NCBI RefSeq assembly: GCF_009914755.1
Contig: NC_060939.1
Reading direction: 5' to 3' (one strand)
Origin: the human T2T-CHM13v2.0 reference genome, Homo sapiens
Length of the DNA stretch: 64,000 bases
Part shown: positions 57,960 through 64,000 of the stretch, piece after piece
Position numbering within the stretch: the stretch's first letter is position 1
Layout: the number at the start of each line of letters is the position of its first letter
The notes under the pieces: model-generated
Told to the model about the DNA's origin: nothing
Databases searched by the model: none
Seen by the model: only the letters and a program-made list of their open reading frames with translations
Program-made: the position numbers and the translations under genes

Positions 57960-58715
57960 TTTTAAAAAGAAGGGACTGAGTTGTAAATGTCATAAGACTG
58001 AGATGGTTGTAAATGTCCCAACCATACTGTGTGACATTTGCTAGGAATTGTTGTAAAATCACTGGAGTGAGCGCTTGTCCTGAGGCACTGCCTCTCCGCG
58101 TGAATGTCACTGAGTCGCCCGGTTGACCCGTTGCATGTTATGCAGCACTTGTGACATTGTTTTATCTCTCTAGCCGGTGACTTATAATTAAGGAAGTCAA
58201 AACTGTGCAATTAACACAAAACCTCCTCATTTGCCCTCTTCACCTCTCCCCAACCCCCGCCCCCAGTCAGGAATGCCCGCCTGACATTTTCTCTAAGTCT
58301 TTGGAAACTTTAAGATTTGTTTTGATAGAACAAGGCCGCCAGTTATCATCGCCTGGTTCCACTTGTTTTACCCCAAAAGTCTGTGAGAATCTTTTCCAGG
58401 AAAAAAAAGAAAGAAAGAAAGAAAGTAAATCCCACCCCCAAGCGTGCAGTCTGCCCACAGGAAGTGATTCATGGTGCTCCGATTCGGGCAGACCTGACTG
58501 CAGGAGGCGGGAGGCTGGGAACCAGGTCTGGGAAAAGAGGGCAGAGAGAGGATACCCAGACCTAATGGCTTCTGCTCTGTGGAAGAAAGTGAAAAACAGA
58601 ATGACTAAGAGTCCTGTAATAAGAATTGTTTGTTTTGTGAAGTTGAACTAATAGTGAGGTTTGCCGGCAGATAAGACTTGAGAAATTGCAGTTGTCAGGG
58701 GAGGGGACTTTTCCA
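57960..58715. promoter_or_regulatory. SMAD3 intronic enhancer (rs17293632 region)
   Basis: Repeat-free and locally CpG-retaining. TGACTTA 58178-58184 next to ETS AGGAAGT 58191-58197; GC box ~58255; ACAGGAAGTG ~58457; TGACTAA ~58602. Position matches my recollection of the GWAS enhancer. Confidence 0.7.
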
Positions 58716-58719
58716 TGTC

Positions 58720-59084
<365 letters not shown>

Positions 59085-59196
59085 TTATATCTCAGTCTTA
59101 AGACATTCATATATTAGTGGAAGGCCCAGATTTGTGTTTCAGTTCTACCTTGCCACCTCTAAGCCTGTTTTCTTTTCTTTGGAGAAGAGGGTCTAA

Positions 59197-59560
<364 letters not shown>

Positions 59561-59599
59561 TATTTTCCCTTTTTCCTTTCCCTCTAAAGTTAGAGTTTT

Positions 59600-60116
59600 T
59601 GAAAAATATTTGATTTTTTTAAATTGACAAATAATTGTCCATATTCATGGGATACATAGTGATGTTTTGATACATATTAATGTCATTATGGTGATCACAT
59701 CAGGTTAATTAGCATCTCCATCCTGTCAAGCATTTATCATTTCTTTGGGTTGGAAGCATTCAATATCCTCCTTCTATTTGAAACTATGTAATATATGAAT
59801 GTTACTATGTATGTTACTATATAAGCATTCAATATTCTCCTATTTGAAACTATGTAATATATGATTATACATAGTAACAATCATATATTACATAATAATT
59901 GTAAACTATGTAATAATAATATTGTAATATATGATTGCTAGATATTTGAAGCTATATAATATATTATTGTTAAGTATAATCATCCTACAGTGGTTTAGGA
60001 CACTAGAACTGATTTTTCCTCTTTAGCTGTAATTTTGAGACCTTTAACAAATTTCTCCCCATCCCTCTGTTCCCTTTACACTTTTCAGCCTCTAGTATCT
60101 TCTATTCTGTTTTTAC
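59600..60116 (-). mobile_element. 5'-truncated L1MA with internal rearrangement
   Basis: L1MA 3'UTR (aattgacaaataattg...catagtgatgttttgatac); perfect 14-bp TSD aaagttagagtttt at 59586-59599 and 60117-60130. Confidence 0.88.
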
Positions 60117-60924
60117 AAAGTTAGAGTTTTGGGGCTGATAAATGTTTTTACCTAAATACTCATTTTTGTTTCCACCAAATGGAACATCATGTTGTCGTAG
60201 AATGAAGGAATCCTTTCTGTCCTATGGGTTATTTTCTTCTCCCTCAAACTGACAATGCAAATTAATTTGATTCCCCAAAGTAGTTTGGAAACAGAGAGAC
60301 TCTAAGTGTTGGCTACATGAACAGGCCTGCTGCCGAGCGAGAGGCCCAGATCACCCAGAATGAGAAGATGGGTCTAAACACACCTGGCTTTGTGACTTAC
60401 TCCATTTCAAGCTTCCTGTATTGTTGGAGGTCAGCTTTTGGGGGTGAGGGATTTTAATGAAAGCTGAGGTGAAGTCCACTGTTGCCTTAAGCCCATCAGA
60501 ACGTTGCCAAGGGCTGTGAGTATGCTGAATGGGTCCATGAGTGATCTCTTAAAAAAACATAAACCATTGTCAGGCCTAATTTTCAGCAGAGTGAAATGGC
60601 CACCCAGAAGATTCTGTGAAGCCTGGCAACTTTTCCCTTTCTTCCAGTAGTCACAGACCAACCCAGATCTTTGTAGCATCTTTTATTTGTGACTTGAAAG
60701 TTCTATGATCCTGCTGACACTCAAGAAAAAGCAATCCCCATCAACTTGGTGCTTGGAGAAAAAAGTTTGTGAAGACCAAAGCTATTAAATAGAAAAGCCC
60801 TAAACACTCTCCTCCTCCTCCTCCTTCAATATTTAACCGTCTTCTTTGCATGGGGGAAGGGAGGGGCTCTCACCACAGCCAAAAGAGAATCTCTGCTGAT
60901 TTAAACCCAGTGTGCTTTGTAGTC

Positions 60925-61120
60925 ATAGAGAACTGAGTTTGGAGTGTAACATCTAGGTTCAAGCCCAGGCACTGTTCCTTGCTGGGTGACTTTGGGCAAG
61001 TCACTCAGCATCAAAAATTTTTCATCTGTAAAATGGGAGTGATGAGATACTCAGCCTGCAGGATCCCTTTATCCAGTGAGTTACTGAGTGAGAAGTGCTG
61101 GGTAAACGCTTGCTCTGAGG
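60925..61120 (+). mobile_element. MIR
   Basis: gctgggtgactttgggcaagtcactc...catctgtaaaatggg. Confidence 0.8.
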
Positions 61121-61138
61121 TGTAAATTGCTTCTGTTT

Positions 61139-61431
61139 GGCCAGGTGCAGTGGCTCACGCCTGTAATCCAAGCACTTTGGGAGGCTGGGGCAGGTGGATC
61201 ACCTGAGGTCAGGCGTTTGAGACCAGCCTGGCCAATATTGTGAAACCCCGTCTCTACTAAACATGCAAAAATTAGCCAGGCGTGGTGGTGCATGCCTGTA
61301 ATCCCAGCTACGCAGAAGGCTGAGGCAGGAGAATCACCTGAACTGGAGGTTGCAGTGAGCCAAGATCACTCCGCTGTACTCCAGCCTGGGCAACAAGAGC
61401 AAAACTCCGTCTTGGGGGGCGGGCGGGGGGG
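61139..61431 (+). mobile_element. AluS with a G-rich tail in place of poly(A)
   Basis: TSD attgcttctgttt (61126-61138) / attccttctgttt (61432-61444). Confidence 0.93.
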
Positions 61432-61482
61432 ATTCCTTCTGTTTTCCCGCATCTTGCTCATCTCAGAGCATTTCCTTAGCCC

Positions 61483-61720
61483 AGGGGGATCTCAAGGGGA
61501 GGGAAGAGAGCAGATTTGCCCCCCAGGGGACATTTGGCAATGTTTAGAGGTATTTTTTTTCAGTTGTCACAGCTGCAGGTGGGTCACAGCTACCGGCATC
61601 CAGTGTGAGGGAGCCAGACATGCTGTTAAGCATTCTATATCTGTCTCTACACAGGACAGCCCCCCAGCCCCAACAAAGATTAGCCCAAAACATCAGTAGT
61701 GCCAACGTTGAGAAACTCTG
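61483..61720 (+). mobile_element. MER20 (hAT-Charlie)
   Basis: gatttgccccccaggggacatttggcaatgt...cagtagtgccaacgttgagaaactctg. Confidence 0.85.
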
Positions 61721-62954
61721 GGCCTCGCCAAATCCATAGCCTGATGTTGAAAAGTTCTTGGTGTCTGCGTGCTTTACAGATAATTATCATCAGGCTGAAC
61801 TTTCTCCAGTAACCAACCTTCTTCTTTTCCAGAAAGTACAAATTCTGTGCCCACCCATGGCCCTTGGGAGGTGGGATAGCCCAAGGTCTAGGCGATCTTT
61901 GTGTGTTTCCAGTGGAGTCCAGCCCTCCCAAGGATAAGGCAAGGTGTTTCTTGGCTTCCCCCTCCAAGGATCTGCCCAGGAGCCTTCTGCAACCTCTGTG
62001 GCTCCTGCCCAGGTTGCCCCATCTGCCTGGGGCACTTGTCATGGACCTGAGCCGGCTGCTCTGGAGAACTAGCAGAGGGAAAGAGAGGACTAAATATAAT
62101 GGGAAGAAGTGAAGAAGAGGCCAGCTGCTGGTCTGGAGGATGGCATAGGGGGCTGCAGCCTGGCATTTTATTTGGTTTCCCCCTAGACTGGCAGCATTCA
62201 TGCCCAAAGCACTAGATATTGTCCATTTATAAGTTCAGATGAAAATTGAGTTGTTCTTGGTGGAAATGTTTTAGTGACTGGTATCAAGGGTTATGAAATC
62301 CTGTTTTCAGCTCTTCATGTCCAATCTAAACTGGAACATTCAAAAACATGCTTAGCACACTTACAGAACTTGTTGGGAACACTCAGGAAACTCAGCTACA
62401 GGCAGAGCACATGGTCACTGTGGTAGAACTTGCAGTGAGACCTCAATTATCTAGAACCTGGCCAACCACATACTTGACCTCACTAGATGTCTTTGTGGCA
62501 CCAAATGAAAAGAACAGGCTAATGTTGGAAATGGAGTTTAAATAAACAACAACAGTTTTAAAAATCTTTGAAAATGCCAGGGTGTAGTATATTCAGTGTA
62601 CATCCTGAGTTCTGTTTGTAACTCTTTGATTCCAAGCTTCAGAAAATTACAATTATAGGCTAATTTTTTATACTACTACTAATCGTAATATAATCAAATT
62701 ATATGTCTTTCAACCAGAGTCAACAACTGCTCAGTCCCTTTTTTTAAAAAAAAATTAAAAACACTTGTCATCTTAAAGACCTTCAGACAACTTAAGATTC
62801 AATACAACAAAGAAAAAATTGTCTTGCTGTTCTTAACCTACCAAAGCAGGCAAGTAGACGCACATGTGTTTTACACACGTCATTGGAAGAAGGCTGGCAA
62901 TACCAGCTTGGTTGCAAGGAAAGAGGCAATTGTGAGGACTCCTTCTCACACTGC

Positions 62955-63070
62955 AGTAATTTGCTGAGTGACCTTGAACAAGGATCTTAATGCATCAGAG
63001 TCTGTTTCCTCAACCCCAAAATGAAGGGATTGGACCAGATGCCCTCAAGGTTCCTCAAGGGTCAGCTGTC
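62955..63070 (+). mobile_element. MIR3
   Basis: gtgaccttgaacaagg...ttggaccagatgccctcaaggttcc. Confidence 0.65.
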
Positions 63071-63635
63071 ACAGTTCTCCAAAGTGAGTTTTCAGGCAGA
63101 CATAGAGTTAGCCAGTGTCGCCTCACCAGGACATTTTGTTTTCTGAACATTGGGCCTCTGTGGTTTGTCACATACACCCAGGGGACTGGGCTCATAACTC
63201 CCTGAAGAACCTCTGCCCAGAACAAAGGATGCTTTGGATTTGACTGTGTGTACCAAAGGGAATAAGTGAACCCCCAAATCAAACATCCCTCTTGGCAGAT
63301 GGTGTTTTCAGGGCTTTCTTATTTGTTCCTTTATTAAGCAGTTGTCCTGGGGCGGTCCATTGCATGGAAGAAATAAAGGCATGTTCTAATACTTGCGTAT
63401 TAAAGAGCAGCAGAAAGAGAGCTCTCAGGGTGAGCTTATAGTTCAAAGGCCAAATGGAACCGATGCAAGGAGACTTTCAAGCCACAAGCAGAATTTTTTT
63501 CTGCCTTCCCAGAAGGTCCGATGGAATGAGCACTTCACCCAAACTTGAAGTCACTCAAGTCTTGCTTTTATTTTGAACCAGAAAAAAAGAAAAGGAAAAC
63601 CCACGTAGAATGCAAAATTTAAGTAAAGATTTTTG

Positions 63636-63929
63636 GGCCAGTCGCGGTGGCTCACGCCTGTAATCCCAGCACTTTGGGAGGCTGAGTTGGGTTGATCACA
63701 GGTCAGGAGTTCAAGACCAGCCTGGCCAACACGGTGAAACCCCATCTCTACTAAAAATACAAAAATTTAGCTGGGTGTGGTGGTGCGCACCTATAATCCC
63801 AGCTACTCAGGAGGCTGAGGCAGGAGAATCGCTTGAACCCGGGGGCAGAGGTTGCAGTGAGCCAAGATCGTGCCATTGCACTCCAGCTTGGGTGACAAGA
63901 GCGAAACTCCATCTCAAAAAAAAAAAAAA
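63636..63929 (+). mobile_element. AluS (Sg/Sc-like)
   Basis: Full-length with A-tail. Confidence 0.96.
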
Positions 63930-64000
63930 TGTAATTGCAGGTGAGTGAACACAGGGATAGTAGGGTAGCTTGATTGCTGTTCAAAGGGAAAGAGATGGGG

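Overview
Human (or very close great-ape) genomic DNA. The whole window lies inside the large first intron of SMAD3 (15q22.33), and the gene is on the + strand. The identification rests on 45950-46023, which translates to MSCLHPRQTWKGAALVHRKAWWMG(R) followed by a phase-2 GT donor; I recognise this as the alternative N-terminus of a short SMAD3 isoform. A second, non-coding alternative first exon probably lies at about 33640-33907. The rest is intronic: about 19 Alus, old L1M fragments, many MIR/L2 relics, and hAT/Tigger DNA-transposon fossils (MER5A, MER45, MER30, MER3, MER33 with nested MER44A, MER1B, MER102, MER20). There are also several enhancer-like patches, including one at about 58.0-58.7 kb that appears to carry the AP-1-disrupting allele of a known GWAS variant. 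No other protein-coding gene is supported; the supplied ORFs are chance or repeat-derived. I did not find a convincing undescribed biological system. The best new observations are a ~190 bp local duplication spanning a MIR/MER1B junction, templated or fold-back rearrangements inside an L1 and an Alu, a uORF-dense alternative leader with a duplicated RBPJ-type motif, and a tail-to-tail L2 hairpin. Repeat subfamily names and boundaries were assigned by eye and are approximate.
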